Of a stretch of DNA of 64,000 bases, positions 43,641 to 52,639 are shown piece after piece (position 1 is the first letter of the stretch; the number at the start of each line of letters is the position of its first letter). This stretch comes from a virus. The notes under the pieces are model-generated. The model saw only the letters and a list, made by a program, of their open reading frames with translations, did not search any database and was not told where the DNA came from. The translations under genes were made by a program, and so were the position numbers. Location: IMG/VR virus record IMGVR_UViG_3300033153_010718, positions 1 through 64,000 of that record; one strand, written 5' to 3'.

Positions 43641-44024
43641 GTGACGATCATCACGACCAAAAGCGACATTGACGTCCTCGACCTGTTCGTCCACGACCGC
43701 TACGACGCCGGCAACCTGGACGAGCGCGAACTGGCCGCAGCGCTCACCGCGCACATCCAGACAGCACTGACCAAGCACCTGAATTCCTGCCCGATGGACG
43801 AATGGGAACGGCTCACCAACCTCAAGGTCCAGGCGCCGGACGAGACCAACCTCGACCGCTTCGTGTTGGGCAACATCGCCGAACGCTGCAGCTCGTGGGA
43901 CGCGGTCGAGGCGACGTGGGCAAGAGCCGGACTACCTGAGACGATCTCCAATTCGCTAGCGAGCCTGCAGCAGAGCGGCGCGACCTGGCGGCTGGTGGAC
44001 GGAAAGCTGAAGAGGATTCGATGA
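43641..44024 (+). CDS. hypothetical protein
   Basis: AGGAG RBS; GTG start. Confidence 0.72.
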   Translation: MTIITTKSDIDVLDLFVHDRYDAGNLDERELAAALTAHIQTALTKHLNSCPMDEWERLTNLKVQAPDETNLDRFVLGNIAERCSSWDAVEATWARAGLPETISNSLASLQQSGATWRLVDGKLKRIR

Positions 44025-44383
44025 CCGACCACAAGTTCGAGCCGGGCGACCGGGTGCGCACGAGCTTCGAGGGCGAGGAGTTCCCCGGCGTCTACGAGAT
44101 CGTGGGCTTCGACGCCGGCAACGGACCGGGCGCGCTGCTCGAATCCGCCGATGGCGATAAGACCTGGTGCCCGATCTCCGATCTGCACCTGGTCACAGAG
44201 CCGCAGCCCGCGCTCTCGCCCCGGCAGAAACGGAAGGTGCTCGACTTCGCCACCTTCTTCGCCAACCTGAAGCTGGCGCCCGCCGAAGCAGCGCTGACCT
44301 TGCTCAAAAGCCTGCTCTGCCTCGCCTGCGGCACTCCGCTCACAGAGAAGCACCCCGTCTGCTACTGCGAGAGGGACGATTGA
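44021..44383 (+). CDS. SH3/KOW-like protein with C-terminal Cys cluster
   Basis: FEPGDRV; CLAC...CYC. Confidence 0.7.
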   Translation: MTDHKFEPGDRVRTSFEGEEFPGVYEIVGFDAGNGPGALLESADGDKTWCPISDLHLVTEPQPALSPRQKRKVLDFATFFANLKLAPAEAALTLLKSLLCLACGTPLTEKHPVCYCERDD

Positions 44384-44489
44384 CCTCAGAACCAAGCCCC
44401 TACGCGCCCAAGTTCCCCTGCTGCCGGTGCGGCAAGCCGGTGCACGTCAAAGGCGCCTACTGCGACGAGTGCTACCGCGCGAGGAACAA

Positions 44490-44822
44490 ATGACAGCGCC
44501 CAGCTACTCAACGAACGACCCCAAGGGTTGGTGCGGCGACCCGCGCCGCGGCGCTGCGATGGGGCGTCCGACGGTCCAGGATGGCCAGCCCGAGGGCGAG
44601 CTGTTCCTGCGCCGCGTCCACCTGCGCGACGGCTACGACACCAACGGGACCTACTTCGGAGCGTGCATCAACGGCGTGCCGCCCCTCTGGTGGTACGCGG
44701 ACGAGAACGGCAACGTGGACGCCATGCTGCGGGCGCGCAGCGCGGAAGACGCCATCGCCCAGCTGATCAAGCTCTACCCCAACGCCAGGATCAAGGTCGC
44801 CACCGCGGTAAGGCACAAGTGA
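44490..44822 (+). CDS. hypothetical phage protein (GAAMGRP...GYDTNGTYFG)
   Basis: GAGGA RBS. Confidence 0.7.
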   Translation: MTAPSYSTNDPKGWCGDPRRGAAMGRPTVQDGQPEGELFLRRVHLRDGYDTNGTYFGACINGVPPLWWYADENGNVDAMLRARSAEDAIAQLIKLYPNARIKVATAVRHK

Positions 44823-45052
44823 GCTTCGCCGCTGGCGACCGCGTGATGTGGATTGACCCGGAGACCTCCGTGCCGCCGGTCATTCGCCTTCCGGGCACGA
44901 TCGTGTGGGTTGCCCCAGACGAAGGCCCCGGCCGGCATTGGCGACGCGTGCGCATTCGGCTCGATGAGAACCACCGGCCCTTCACGGTCACCGTTGACGA
45001 GATCGAGCCGATGTCGGCGGTCGAGCAGCTCGGCGACTTGGTCCACGAATGA
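44819..45052 (+). CDS. tagged SH3/KOW-like protein (SAVEQLGDLV)
   Basis: FAAGDRV. Confidence 0.75.
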   Translation: MSFAAGDRVMWIDPETSVPPVIRLPGTIVWVAPDEGPGRHWRRVRIRLDENHRPFTVTVDEIEPMSAVEQLGDLVHE

Positions 45053-45255
45053 GCGGCAGCCCGACGAGCAAGTACCAGTGCGTGTCGCGCCCAGGCAAGT
45101 GCAAGTTCGAGTGGACCTGCGGACCGTGCTGCGCGTGCCACGTCCCCAGCTCGCCCAAGTCCAAGGCGAACGAAGCGGAGGCCGAACGTAGGCAGGCGCG
45201 GTGGCGGGCGAAGGATGCCGTGACGAAGCTCGGCAACGTGGTGAGTCCGCCGTGA
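45049..45255 (+). CDS. tagged Cys-rich protein (DAVTKLGNVV)
   Basis: C...C...CGPCCACH. Confidence 0.7.
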   Translation: MSGSPTSKYQCVSRPGKCKFEWTCGPCCACHVPSSPKSKANEAEAERRQARWRAKDAVTKLGNVVSPP

Positions 45256-45470
45256 CCGCCAACGAAGCGCTCGCGCTCAAGAACGGCGACACCGTGATGA
45301 TGCGCGGGCTAGCCGATTGGCGTCGCGTCCGGGTGGCCCACAAGCGCCTCCGCAAAGACGGCTCGGTCCGCGCTATCGACCTGACCTGGCCGAACTCGCT
45401 CCTCAAGGAAGTGCCGCTGTCGCACATCGCCGCACTGTCGGCGATCGATCGCCTCGGAGATCTGGCGTGA
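45252..45470 (+). CDS. tagged SH3/KOW-like protein (SAIDRLGDLA)
   Basis: LKNGDTV. Confidence 0.72.
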   Translation: MTANEALALKNGDTVMMRGLADWRRVRVAHKRLRKDGSVRAIDLTWPNSLLKEVPLSHIAALSAIDRLGDLA

Positions 45471-45697
45471 TGGCGAAGGCGAGATCGGCCCCCTTCTTCA
45501 AGCGCGGCGACCGTGTGCTGCTCCTGACCAAGCACTGGCGCGGCAAGGACCAGCGCGGAACAGTGAAGAAACACGGGTGGTGTGTCGGCGCTTGGCGCTA
45601 CGCCGTACGGCTCGATGGCCGGCGGGGGCTGACCCGCTACAACCGCACGTCGCTCCGCTTGCTGAACGCCATCGAACTGCTGGGGGAGCTGACATGA
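45470..45697 (+). CDS. tagged SH3/KOW-like protein (NAIELLGELT)
   Basis: FKRGDRV. Confidence 0.72.
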   Translation: MAKARSAPFFKRGDRVLLLTKHWRGKDQRGTVKKHGWCVGAWRYAVRLDGRRGLTRYNRTSLRLLNAIELLGELT

Positions 45698-45933
45698 CCG
45701 AGCCCGACTACGGCAAGCCCATCACCCGCTACGACCTCCTGCTGTCCCGCCCGCACCGAGCGTTTCTCGATGCGTTGGACGACGCCTTTGATGAGCCCGG
45801 CGCCTTCACGGCCGAACACGCAGACGACGAGTTCTGGCTGGAGACCAAGAAGGGGACTCGCGTGCTCCTGATCGCGCACGCGGTCTACCCGCCAGCGCCA
45901 CCAAAGCCCAAGAAGCCGGAGAGCCTGACATGA
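45694..45933 (+). CDS. hypothetical protein
   Basis: ATGA overlap. Confidence 0.65.
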   Translation: MTEPDYGKPITRYDLLLSRPHRAFLDALDDAFDEPGAFTAEHADDEFWLETKKGTRVLLIAHAVYPPAPPKPKKPESLT

Positions 45934-46325
45934 AGTTCGGAGAATACGACGACGGCTACGACGAGCAGCCAGAGATCGACGGCCGCGTCACGCTCTACGT
46001 CATGGGAGCAATCGACGAGCTGCGGGCCATCGGCATCATCGAGACGATCGCCGGCGACCCGCCGCTCACGAACCACAAGCAGCGGAAGCTCTACCGCGAG
46101 CTGAAACTGGACGGCTTCAAGCCAACGCTTGACGAGGCCGAGGCGGTGCTCAGCAGGTCCGTGTGCGCCGACGACCAGGCCCTCTTCCTGCGCCTGTTCC
46201 AAGGCATCATCGAGGACGGCTGGAGCAAGATCCGCCGGATCCACGCCGAGCAGAAGGTGCAGGAGGCCCGCGATGACGAGGTCCGTCGCACCTACGGCTG
46301 GCCGGACAACTGGATTCCGCTATGA
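45930..46325 (+). CDS. hypothetical protein
   Basis: ATGA overlap. Confidence 0.7.
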   Translation: MKFGEYDDGYDEQPEIDGRVTLYVMGAIDELRAIGIIETIAGDPPLTNHKQRKLYRELKLDGFKPTLDEAEAVLSRSVCADDQALFLRLFQGIIEDGWSKIRRIHAEQKVQEARDDEVRRTYGWPDNWIPL

Positions 46326-46606
46326 CCCGCTCTCCCAAGCACTCCGGTGTTCCCCAACGGGTGGCGATTGAGCTGCTAACAACGCGGAAGAAGAACAGGT
46401 TCAAGGCTCTTTCGCGCTACAAGCAAGACGGCTGGCGGATCATCGCCGGAGCAATAATGGTCGTTCCTCAGAAGAACGGCCGCTACAGCATCGTAGACGG
46501 CGCGCTTCGCTACTACGCAGCAAAGAGATTCAAGATGCCGACGATGATGTGTCTGGTGTTCCCCTCCCGAGCACTGGCGCTGGAGTACTTGAGCGTATGG
46601 ACATGA
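46322..46606 (+). CDS. ParB/Srx N-terminal-like domain protein
   Basis: YSIVDGALRYYAA resembles the ParB (I/V)DGxxR motif. Confidence 0.55.
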   Translation: MTRSPKHSGVPQRVAIELLTTRKKNRFKALSRYKQDGWRIIAGAIMVVPQKNGRYSIVDGALRYYAAKRFKMPTMMCLVFPSRALALEYLSVWT

Positions 46607-46812
46607 CGGTGCGCGGATTCTTCGACGGCCACTGCACCAAGTGCGGCGCCCGGATCGGCTGGGCCGGAACGGTAGCGGACAGGCCGCCCTGCCACGCCTG
46701 CGGGTTCCAGCAGGATCCGAAGGAACTGGCCGCCGCCCAGAAGGCGATGGACGACGCTCGGAAGGCGATGACCAAGGCGATAGAGGCGCGCGCGAAGGAG
46801 CCCGATGACTGA
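46603..46812 (+). CDS. Zn-ribbon protein
   Basis: CTKC...CHAC; ATGA overlap. Confidence 0.65.
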   Translation: MTVRGFFDGHCTKCGARIGWAGTVADRPPCHACGFQQDPKELAAAQKAMDDARKAMTKAIEARAKEPDD

Positions 46813-47023
46813 GCCGGATTACAAGATCGGCGATCGGGTCGTGGTAGCTGTTCATCAGCCGGGGCACCGCCGGGAAGGAAAGATCGAAAAGCTGCCCACC
46901 GAATGGCCACAGCTCTACGGGACGTGCTACCTGGTGCGGTTCCCGTCCGGCGCGACGGCTATGCTCACTGCGAGCGAAATCAACCACGTCGATGTCGTGA
47001 CGCGTCTCGCGGAGCTGGCATGA
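46805..47023 (+). CDS. tagged SH3/KOW-like protein (DVVTRLAELA)
   Basis: YKIGDRV. Confidence 0.75.
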   Translation: MTEPDYKIGDRVVVAVHQPGHRREGKIEKLPTEWPQLYGTCYLVRFPSGATAMLTASEINHVDVVTRLAELA

Positions 47024-47325
47024 GTCTGCTCGGAACCAAAGACAAACGAGAGGGACTGTGGAAGTGGGCGCGCGGGCAGCAGCACAAGCTCAAGAACGAG
47101 CGCGGCAAGCTCGAAGATCGGATCAAGGCCATCGACTTCGACCTGGAGCGCTTCGCGCAGATCGAGTACGCGGCCAAGCCGAACCCGTGCAAGGCGTGCG
47201 ACGGGCTCGGCAAGATCCGTCACTGGATCGCTCAGGATGAGAGCGAGGTCAAGGACTGCCGCACCTGCAGAGGCTCCGGCGAAGGCCCGGATGTGGTGAC
47301 TCAGCTGGGCAAGGTGGTGTCGTGA
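47020..47325 (+). CDS. tagged protein with DnaJ-type CxxCxGxG repeats (DVVTQLGKVV)
   Basis: CKACDGLG, CRTCRGSG. Confidence 0.72.
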   Translation: MSLLGTKDKREGLWKWARGQQHKLKNERGKLEDRIKAIDFDLERFAQIEYAAKPNPCKACDGLGKIRHWIAQDESEVKDCRTCRGSGEGPDVVTQLGKVVS

Positions 47326-47606
47326 ACCACGACCCCGGCCTGTGGGGACCGCCGATGCCCTTCTACGAGGCGGTCGGGTTAAGCCGGGATGGCGTAGCCG
47401 GCCTGTTCGATGAGCTGCCCGACGACTACCCCGAGGATGCCCCGGGCACCGTGCTGAACGTCACGCTCCACGAGGGCGAGCCGCGCGCGATCAACGGCAA
47501 CCACTACCAAGCCCTGTGGCTCGACGAGCACGTCCGCGAGTGCAAGGACTGGCGCGCCTTTCACCCCAAGGATGCCGTAACCCGGCTCGGCGAGGCAGCA
47601 CCATGA
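47322..47606 (+). CDS. tagged protein (DAVTRLGEAA)
   Basis: GTGA overlap. Confidence 0.72.
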   Translation: MNHDPGLWGPPMPFYEAVGLSRDGVAGLFDELPDDYPEDAPGTVLNVTLHEGEPRAINGNHYQALWLDEHVRECKDWRAFHPKDAVTRLGEAAP

Positions 47607-48031
47607 AGCGCGGCGATCTGGTCCGGGTCAGGCAGGACTGTGGCTTCACCAACGACGGGTTCTTCAGGCGCGGTCAGACCGGCAGGCTCGTGACGACCCC
47701 CGAGGAAGTTTGCGTTGACTGGCACAAGGGCCACTTCGAGACGAGCTGCCAGGTCCGCTTCGGCCCAGGCGACACCGCCACGATCGACAAGGACGATCTG
47801 GAGCCGATCGACGACGTCGTCTCGGCGCTCGCGCAGCTCGGGCACTTCCTGCCGACCGACGCTGACATCGGCCGCGGCGTGATCTACACCCCGCCGCACG
47901 GCGGACCGTCTGAGGACGGCGCGATCACCGGCTTCAACGATCAGTACGTGTTCGTGCGCTACCAGGACCAGCACCCGAGCGCGTCCGGCAAGGCCACGCT
48001 CCACGCGGATCTGAGGTGGCTGTCCCAATGA
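47603..48031 (+). CDS. two SH3-like barrels with the motif between them (DVVSALAQLG)
   Basis: MKRGDLV...; second unit DIGRGVIY. Confidence 0.72.
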   Translation: MKRGDLVRVRQDCGFTNDGFFRRGQTGRLVTTPEEVCVDWHKGHFETSCQVRFGPGDTATIDKDDLEPIDDVVSALAQLGHFLPTDADIGRGVIYTPPHGGPSEDGAITGFNDQYVFVRYQDQHPSASGKATLHADLRWLSQ

Positions 48032-48276
48032 AATACGAAGGCCCGCCCTACTACGTCGGCGACATAGTGAACTGGCTCGGCTGGAAGAACAAACTCAACG
48101 GCTTCCCGCGCGTGCGCCGCGGGCACGTGTGGCGCATCAAACCGGCGCGATCGATGCACGGTCCGACGCTCTACGTGCGCGCACTAGACGGGTTCGGCAA
48201 CGCGACGCTGCTGCCCGGCCTGCACGGCGTCAGCAAGGTCTCGGCCGTGGACGCGCTCGCGGAGCTGGGACGATGA
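48028..48276 (+). CDS. tagged SH3/KOW-like protein (SAVDALAELG)
   Basis: YYVGDIV. Confidence 0.72.
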   Translation: MKYEGPPYYVGDIVNWLGWKNKLNGFPRVRRGHVWRIKPARSMHGPTLYVRALDGFGNATLLPGLHGVSKVSAVDALAELGR

Positions 48277-48393
48277 CCGTCGTAGACACGCTGCTCGCGA
48301 TCATCGCCGCCACGCAGTCCGGCATTGAGACCATGCCCATCGCGCGGGCGCTTCGCCAAGCGGCGATCCGGCGTCTGGCAGAGGAGCTGGCGA

Positions 48394-48636
48394 ATGAAAC
48401 TCCCTGACCTCAAGCCTGGCGATTGGCTGCGGTGCACGCTGCCCGAACTCACCTCGATCTACGGCACCTACTGCCGGGTCATTCGCCTGCCGGACCCGGT
48501 CGCGCGGCGGGGAGCGTTCGTCGCGTTCCCGCCCATGCGCGAGGGCTGGAAGCCTTACCGCACTGCGCTGGACGACGGGCATTGGGTAAGACCCGACGAC
48601 GCCGTGACGCTGCTGGGATGGGTCGCCGCACGATGA
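48394..48636 (+). CDS. tagged SH3/KOW-like protein (DAVTLLGWVA)
   Basis: LKPGDWL; GAGGAG RBS. Confidence 0.7.
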   Translation: MKLPDLKPGDWLRCTLPELTSIYGTYCRVIRLPDPVARRGAFVAFPPMREGWKPYRTALDDGHWVRPDDAVTLLGWVAAR

Positions 48637-49082
48637 AGACCGTCGAGCGCGTCCTCTGTCTCTTCGGTCACCACGACTGGCACGTGGACAAAGAGGAAGA
48701 CCGGTTCGACCCCGACCACTTCGCCGACAACCACGACAGCCCCAACTGGTGGGGTATTGTCGGTGTCGGCGTTGCGGTGTTGCTCGCCTTCGTCGGCCTG
48801 ATCGGGACCATCGTCATTGTGGCCAAGCCCGCCGACGGCCCGCACAACCTCTTCCTCGGGTTCCTCGTGCTCGGCGCCGTCTGGGGCTGGGTCGCCTCGT
48901 TCATCTACCGCCACAGGAAACGGCGCGACGCCGTCTGCATTCGGTGCGGCAAGAAGCGCATGGAGTTCACCGACCGTCAGCAGCAGTTGAAGAACGCAAA
49001 GCTGTTCTTCACAAGCCTGCGCGAAGTGGAGGATTGGGACGACGATGACGCCCGCCAGAGGCCACCGAAGGTGAAGGCGTGA
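48633..49082 (+). CDS. membrane protein (2 TM) flanked by Cys/His motifs
   Basis: CLFGHH...two hydrophobic segments...CIRCG. Confidence 0.72.
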   Translation: MKTVERVLCLFGHHDWHVDKEEDRFDPDHFADNHDSPNWWGIVGVGVAVLLAFVGLIGTIVIVAKPADGPHNLFLGFLVLGAVWGWVASFIYRHRKRRDAVCIRCGKKRMEFTDRQQQLKNAKLFFTSLREVEDWDDDDARQRPPKVKA

Positions 49083-49558
49083 ACAAGACCAAGGTACGCC
49101 TCTTCGCGGACTGGTCCCGTCCCAACAACAACAACGGGGTCGGATTCGCCGCCATCGGACGGCCCAATCCCGGCGGCGTCGAGTTCCACATCGACTTCGC
49201 GGACTGGACCCGTAGCGACGACAAGATCTCGATCGGTTTCACCATCATTCAGGAGCCCGTCAACGAGCCCAGCGACGACCTGTTCATCGTGAAGCTCGTC
49301 ATCCCGGACGACCCCGAGGAGGACGGCGCGGTGAACCAGCTGGGCGAGCTGGCCGGCGGTAACGCCTGGCACCGGGTCCAACGCGTGATCGGGCAGCAGG
49401 CTCCCGGCGGCTCCAAGCTCGAACGCGGCGTGCTCTACAACGTGATGCCCAACGTGCAGTGCATCGTCGAGCTGGACCCGCGCGGTCTCATCGAAACCGG
49501 CGTAGCCGATGGAGGGCTCACGATCATCCCGACCGTCTACAAGGTCGTGGAGCCGTGA
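49079..49558 (+). CDS. protein with internal motif (GAVNQLGELA)
   Basis: GTGA overlap. Confidence 0.72.
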   Translation: MNKTKVRLFADWSRPNNNNGVGFAAIGRPNPGGVEFHIDFADWTRSDDKISIGFTIIQEPVNEPSDDLFIVKLVIPDDPEEDGAVNQLGELAGGNAWHRVQRVIGQQAPGGSKLERGVLYNVMPNVQCIVELDPRGLIETGVADGGLTIIPTVYKVVEP

Positions 49559-49818
49559 AGCGCTACAAGCTGGCCGCGGGACTGCTCAAGCTCACCAGCG
49601 CCCTCGCCCGCGCCCTGCCAAAGAAGTGGTCGCTGACCATCCTCAACGGCCAGGTCTACGCCTACAAGGACGACCAGTACTGGGTCTACCTGGACGACCC
49701 CGTCTCCAGGCTGGCGAGCGTCCTCGACGAATCGTCGCGGGCCGGCGCGCCGGACATCACGCACCTACCCGACAGGGGCGCCTGGCGCCGGGCCGAGTCG
49801 CTGCCGGAACGGCGATGA
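49555..49818 (+). CDS. protein with motif variant (DPVSRLASVL)
   Basis: GTGA overlap. Confidence 0.65.
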   Translation: MKRYKLAAGLLKLTSALARALPKKWSLTILNGQVYAYKDDQYWVYLDDPVSRLASVLDESSRAGAPDITHLPDRGAWRRAESLPERR

Positions 49819-50198
49819 TCTGCAAGTGGTGCAAGCGCAACCGCGCGCCCGCAAAGAGCGGCGGGCTGGGCTGCGCGGCATGTTTGCGCCAACGCGGGCG
49901 CCACCCGCGCTGTGCGCTATGCGACGGCCCAACCTACGGCACCGCCCCCGATCCGCGCTATCGGTTCTGCCCAACCTGCTCGCCGCGGAAACCAGCCCGT
50001 GCCCCCAGAGCCGACGAAATCGCCATCGTCCTGGTCAATCCGGTCGGCGAGGAGCGCGAAGTCTACCGCACCAGGAAAAGCACGCTCCCAACCCATTTCC
50101 GCGACGGCGCGCTGGTTCGCAACAAGTCGGTCTCCGGGCTTACCCCGCAGGTACTCGACACGACTTGGCAAGCCTGGGCCACAGCGCGAGCGCTTTGA
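49815..50198 (+). CDS. Cys-rich hypothetical protein
   Basis: four CxxC pairs. Confidence 0.65.
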   Translation: MICKWCKRNRAPAKSGGLGCAACLRQRGRHPRCALCDGPTYGTAPDPRYRFCPTCSPRKPARAPRADEIAIVLVNPVGEEREVYRTRKSTLPTHFRDGALVRNKSVSGLTPQVLDTTWQAWATARAL

Positions 50199-50221
50199 TA
50201 GCCTGGGGACAGGAGGGCGCC

Positions 50222-50422
50222 ATGAACACCATCAGGCTATACACGCGCGACGGCCGCATGGTCACCGAGGTCCAGGTACCGCCGTGGAATTCCGCGCCCG
50301 AGGTCTACGTGTGGGGCGAGCGAATCTTCGTCCTGCACACCAATGGCCGTTACGAAGAGGCGGCCGGCGTCTTCTTCATCCCGCCACAGATCGCCGAGCC
50401 CGACGCGCCGACACCGGGGTAG
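50222..50422 (+). CDS. hypothetical protein
   Basis: AGGAGG RBS. Confidence 0.68.
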   Translation: MNTIRLYTRDGRMVTEVQVPPWNSAPEVYVWGERIFVLHTNGRYEEAAGVFFIPPQIAEPDAPTPG

Positions 50423-50425
50423 AAC
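50417..50425 (+). promoter_or_regulatory. GGGTAGAAC element (AGGAGG RBS follows)
   Basis: recurrent motif. Confidence 0.72.
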
Positions 50426-50446
50426 CAGAGGGCCAGGAGGAACACC

Positions 50447-50737
50447 ATGGCCCTGACGCCTAAAGAGCTGCTCAAGCCGGACCCCGAGCAGGTAGAACTG
50501 CTGAAGACGATCGAAACGCTCATCGACTGCAAGCTGAGCACGTACGAGATGGAGCAGGGCAAGGTGCTCTCGTTTTCCTTCGAGGACGTGAAGCCTCGCG
50601 CAAACCCGGCCACCATCAAAGCGCTCAAGCGGCTCTACACGAAGGCCGGCTGGCGCGACGTTCAGATCAACACCACGCACAGCATCATCACCATGACCTG
50701 TCCGCGTTACCGGGGCGGCCGTGGCCCCTGCGTCTGA
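50447..50737 (+). CDS. hypothetical protein
   Basis: AGGAGG RBS. Confidence 0.72.
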   Translation: MALTPKELLKPDPEQVELLKTIETLIDCKLSTYEMEQGKVLSFSFEDVKPRANPATIKALKRLYTKAGWRDVQINTTHSIITMTCPRYRGGRGPCV

Positions 50738-51050
50738 GCCCAAGTTCAAGATCGGCGACCGCGCCACGGCTTTTGGCCATATCGGGACCGTTGTCGCCGT
50801 CGGCTGGACGCCAATGGCCGAGCCAACCGCCGTCTACCGGTTGAAGCTGGAGTACGAGAACCCGTGGGCGACGGACCCGTGGCCGCGCCCGATCAGCAGC
50901 GGTCCGTACGGCGAGACCGTGCTCCCTGGTCTGCTAAAGAACGGCGAGCGCGACTTTCACGAGACGTATCTCACAGCCTACGGCTCTGCCGTAGACCGAC
51001 TCGGCGATCTCGTCCGGCCGGGGCAAGACCTGGGTAGAACAAGGGCATGA
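50721..51050 (+). CDS. tagged SH3/KOW-like protein (SAVDRLGDLV)
   Basis: FKIGDRA. Confidence 0.72.
   Translation: MAPASEPKFKIGDRATAFGHIGTVVAVGWTPMAEPTAVYRLKLEYENPWATDPWPRPISSGPYGETVLPGLLKNGERDFHETYLTAYGSAVDRLGDLVRPGQDLGRTRA
51032..51040 (+). promoter_or_regulatory. GGGTAGAAC-N6-ATG leaderless promoter element
   Basis: exact 6-nt spacing. Confidence 0.78.
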
Positions 51051-51427
51051 TCCACGAGCCGCACCGACACCGGGTCCGCTTCAAGAAGGTCAAGCACACC
51101 GGCAGCCACCAGGACTACCGGATCCTGCTGAACGACACGCACGTCGGCAACATCCGCGCCGGGTTCAAGAACGCGCGCGGGCGTGGGCGCACCAAGAACT
51201 GGACAGCGCGCAGCGATGTAGAGGGCGTCGAGATCACCGTCCGCGGCGCCGGACCGCGCTGGTCCATCGCGCAGAAGCTCATCCGGTGCCTGAGCGAGCT
51301 GGGCGCGTTCCGCGCCTACCCGCCGCCCAAGTTCATGCAGACGACGCGGGATGTCGGCGCCGACGAGAAACCGCAGCGGACACCGGTCTCGGCCGACTAC
51401 CTGGCCAAGTGCAAAGCGAGGCGCTAA
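51047..51427 (+). CDS. basic hypothetical protein; leaderless
   Basis: promoter motif 6 nt upstream. Confidence 0.7.
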   Translation: MIHEPHRHRVRFKKVKHTGSHQDYRILLNDTHVGNIRAGFKNARGRGRTKNWTARSDVEGVEITVRGAGPRWSIAQKLIRCLSELGAFRAYPPPKFMQTTRDVGADEKPQRTPVSADYLAKCKARR

Positions 51428-52050
51428 TGAGCTTCCAGCTGGAGATCGAAGCCTGGTTCGAGCATACCGATTTCGACGTCGTCGCCCCGCTCATCAGCTC
51501 GGGCTCGGAGTTCCACATCGACGTGAACGTCCGCACCGAGTTCCGCGGCGAGCACAACATCAAGCTCCAGCTCAACGAGACGAACGCGCGCGCCTTGCGC
51601 GACGATCTGACCGAAGCGCTCAAGAAGTGCTACTACGAGCACGAGCGGGTGCACAGCGAGGAGCCGCCGCTCGTAGACCGGTCGCCGCAGAAGGCTGACG
51701 GTCTCGTTCAGCGGAATCCGGGCCCCGGCCCTGGCACCAGCTGCAGAATGCTGCCCTGGCACCAAGAGGCCCACTCGCTCGGCTCGACGTGCCCGTCTTG
51801 CGGGGGCAGCCATTGGGATACGGAGGAGGCCGACATCGCCTGCAGTACCCCGAGCTGCGGAAACGCGCGGGCTCCTGGCGGCGGCTACTGCCGGATCTGC
51901 ATAGCGGACGCCGAGGCGCGCCGCGCGCCGCCGGCCGATGGCCTGCCGCAGTGCTTCCGGCACCCGGAGTTCGGCGCAGGCGACTGCCCGCTCTGCGATG
52001 TCGGAGAACCGCCCAGCGACGGCGACACCGCCCCGGACGTCCCGTTTTGA
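51427..52050 (+). CDS. hypothetical protein with Cys-rich C-terminus
   Basis: TAATG coupling. Confidence 0.68.
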   Translation: MSFQLEIEAWFEHTDFDVVAPLISSGSEFHIDVNVRTEFRGEHNIKLQLNETNARALRDDLTEALKKCYYEHERVHSEEPPLVDRSPQKADGLVQRNPGPGPGTSCRMLPWHQEAHSLGSTCPSCGGSHWDTEEADIACSTPSCGNARAPGGGYCRICIADAEARRAPPADGLPQCFRHPEFGAGDCPLCDVGEPPSDGDTAPDVPF

Positions 52051-52247
52051 TCACCGCAATCATCGTCTGGCTAATCCTGCTCACCATCGCGTGGATGGTC
52101 CTCTTCTGCTGGGTAATCTCGGGCTTCGCCCGGTGCCTCGGCGTCCACCGCGAGGTGCGCATAGTGCGCGAAGACCTGCTCGAACTGGCCAAGCTCTGCG
52201 CCGAAACGGACGCGGGGTGCGGCGGAAAGAAGTGTGGCGATGTCTGA
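52047..52247 (+). CDS. small membrane protein
   Basis: single long hydrophobic helix. Confidence 0.55.
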   Translation: MITAIIVWLILLTIAWMVLFCWVISGFARCLGVHREVRIVREDLLELAKLCAETDAGCGGKKCGDV

Positions 52248-52545
52248 CCTCGATCAACACGATCTCCAAGTAGGCAGGTGCCTTCTCCATCCGCAGCAGC
52301 AGGCGCACGGCTGCCCGGAGTGCGCCAGGATGCGCGCCTACCCGGTCACGCCCTGCCCGCGATGTAAGCAGCCCATGCTGCAACCGTGGGACGGCATCTG
52401 CACCCGCTGCCACAAGATGCAGGACAAGCAAAAGCGCCTCAACTACGACAGGCGCTACCGCGATCTGGTCTGGAAGAACCGAGACGTGATCGACTTTGCC
52501 GGCTACGAGGACATCCGCGCCGATCTCAAGGAAGCTCGCGGATGA
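52240..52545 (+). CDS. Cys-rich hypothetical protein
   Basis: CPEC, CPRC, CTRC. Confidence 0.62.
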   Translation: MSDLDQHDLQVGRCLLHPQQQAHGCPECARMRAYPVTPCPRCKQPMLQPWDGICTRCHKMQDKQKRLNYDRRYRDLVWKNRDVIDFAGYEDIRADLKEARG

Positions 52546-52639
52546 GGCGCTTCCGGTTCGACTGGGACAGCGACAACTGCGGCGACAACAACGGCCACTG
52601 CGAGTGCAACCCGCCCTGGGCCGCCTACAGGATCAAGGC

